Shown: piece after piece, positions 62,810-64,000 of the stretch | How positions within the stretch are numbered: the stretch's first letter is position 1 | Layout of the letters: every line of letters starts with the position of its first letter | The notes under the pieces: model-generated | The model's database searches: none | The model's input: the letters and a program-made list of their open reading frames with translations, nothing else | What the model was told of the DNA's origin: nothing | Position numbers and translations under genes: made by a program | Source: an uncultured delta proteobacterium | GTDB lineage: Bacteria; Myxococcota_A; Polyangia; Polyangiales; Polyangiaceae | Reading direction: 5' to 3' | NCBI GenBank assembly: GCA_963782055.1 | Contig: CAWAIF010000003.1 | Coordinates: 928,001-992,000, forward strand | DNA: 64,000 bases

Positions 62810-63999
62810 GAGGGCTCTCCTTCGGCCGCGGGCGCCGGAGCCGGCGCGGGCGCGTGCAGCTCGCCGGCGCGGCGGAGCGAGGCGCGGAGCGCCGGCGGCC
62901 CCAGGAGCTCGCCCGCGATGCACACCGCCGCAGCGGACGCGAGGATGAGGTCGCCGGTGCCCCCGTGGAAGCGCAGGTCGCAGAGCAGGCCGATGCACAT
63001 GGAGAGGCCGCCCGACGACATCATCGCCAGCCCGACGAGCCCGCCAGCGGGCCGCGCCGGCGCGTACAGCCGGGAGACGACGGTGCCGAGGACGTACTTG
63101 GAGGCGATGCGCGCGGCGATGGCGACGCCGATGATGGCGGCCATCGCCGGCAGGCGGTGGGCCTGGATGCGCACCCCGCAGAGGATGAGGATCGGCAGTA
63201 GCGCCGAGCGCTCCGTCGCCACCACCATCGCCCGCACCTCGCCCGCGTGGCGCGAGACGGCGGCGATGGTGACGCCGGTGACGAACATGACGGCCACCAC
63301 GGGCAGGCCCGCGCGGAACGAAACGCCGATGCCGAGCAGCGAGGTGCCCAGGATGACGCCCCACGTCTCGCGCAGCCGGAACTCGCGCCCGATGAGCGCG
63401 GCGCACAGGCCGCCGAGCACGATGCCCAGACCGACCGTGGCCGGCACCAGGAGGCGATGGTCGATGGGCGCGCCGGCCGGCCGGGGCGCGAGCGCGAACA
63501 CCGCCACCACCGCCGCGATGGGCACGAAGTCCTCCGCGTCGGCGAGATCCCGCAGCAGCTCGAAGAGCGAACCGCGCGCGCCGTGGCGCTCCTCCACCCA
63601 CCGCATCACGTGGCGGGTGGTCTCGGTGGAGGTCGCGGCGATGCCGACCGCGAGCACCAGCCGGCTGTCCGCCAGCCGTGGCGCGAGGTGCGGCACGGCG
63701 TAGTACACCGCCACGGCGACCGCGGCCCCCGACGCACTTCCCCACGCCAGCGAGAGCGCGACGCGTCGACCCGGAACGCGCCCGCGCGGACCCCGGGCGA
63801 AGGCGAGGCCCTCCACCAGCAGCAGCCACCCCAGCCCCACCACGACGACGGGCTCGACCGAGTCGATGAGGGAAGGGGAGATGACGCCCAGCGCGTGCGG
63901 CCCCAGGAGAAAGCCGAGCACGACCCACTCCACGCTGGACGGCAGGCCGACGCCACGCAGCGCCCGGTCGCCCACCAGGAAGCTGCCCAGGTACGAGAC
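62806..63999 (-). CDS. degenerate cation:proton antiporter-like membrane protein, 5' end outside the window
   Basis: VLGFLLGP and many TM helices. Coupled to the downstream antiporter. Confidence 0.7.
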   Translation of the reverse strand, partial: VSYLGSFLVGDRALRGVGLPSSVEWVVLGFLLGPHALGVISPSLIDSVEPVVVVGLGWLLLVEGLAFARGPRGRVPGRRVALSLAWGSASGAAVAVAVYYAVPHLAPRLADSRLVLAVGIAATSTETTRHVMRWVEERHGARGSLFELLRDLADAEDFVPIAAVVAVFALAPRPAGAPIDHRLLVPATVGLGIVLGGLCAALIGREFRLRETWGVILGTSLLGIGVSFRAGLPVVAVMFVTGVTIAAVSRHAGEVRAMVVATERSALLPILILCGVRIQAHRLPAMAAIIGVAIAARIASKYVLGTVVSRLYAPARPAGGLVGLAMMSSGGLSMCIGLLCDLRFHGGTGDLILASAAAVCIAGELLGPPALRASLRRAGELHAPAPAPAPAAEGEPS

Positions 64000-64000
64000 C

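Overview
Very GC-rich chromosomal window, most likely from a myxobacterium (Polyangiaceae/Sorangiineae-like). This is inferred from many Cys-rich lipoproteins with DAG/DGG/PDA acidic linkers, paired Ser/Thr kinases, an ECF-FecR cassette and a recA resembling the myxobacterial RecA1 type. It holds about 57 coding regions or fragments. Housekeeping genes include glmU-murA-hisG, hemL, rsmE, prmA and an MltD-like LysM transglycosylase. The rest are signalling genes, transporters and many secreted or lipoprotein genes. No rRNA, tRNA or CRISPR array was recognised. The main finding is a shared upstream architecture at two loci 18 kb apart: a small putative ssDNA-binding gene plus comEA (minus strand), and comM plus recA (plus strand). 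Each has two TGTCC-N2/3-GGACA palindromes 21-22 bp apart, then 43-44 bp, then a sigma-54 -24/-12 element of the form (T/C)GGCACGCG(T/C)CTCGC. This suggests a sigma-54/enhancer-binding-protein-controlled DNA uptake and recombination (competence-like) regulon. Other observations: prmA and a ~1300-aa lipoprotein gene are each broken by a one-base frameshift at a G7 run; a decayed island lies between two paralogous lipoprotein genes and carries an IS91-like transposase remnant with an in-frame 45-bp hairpin insert; and an unlisted 57-aa ribbon-helix-helix gene has a CTAG-repeat operator. All family assignments come from motif recognition by eye, with no database searches.
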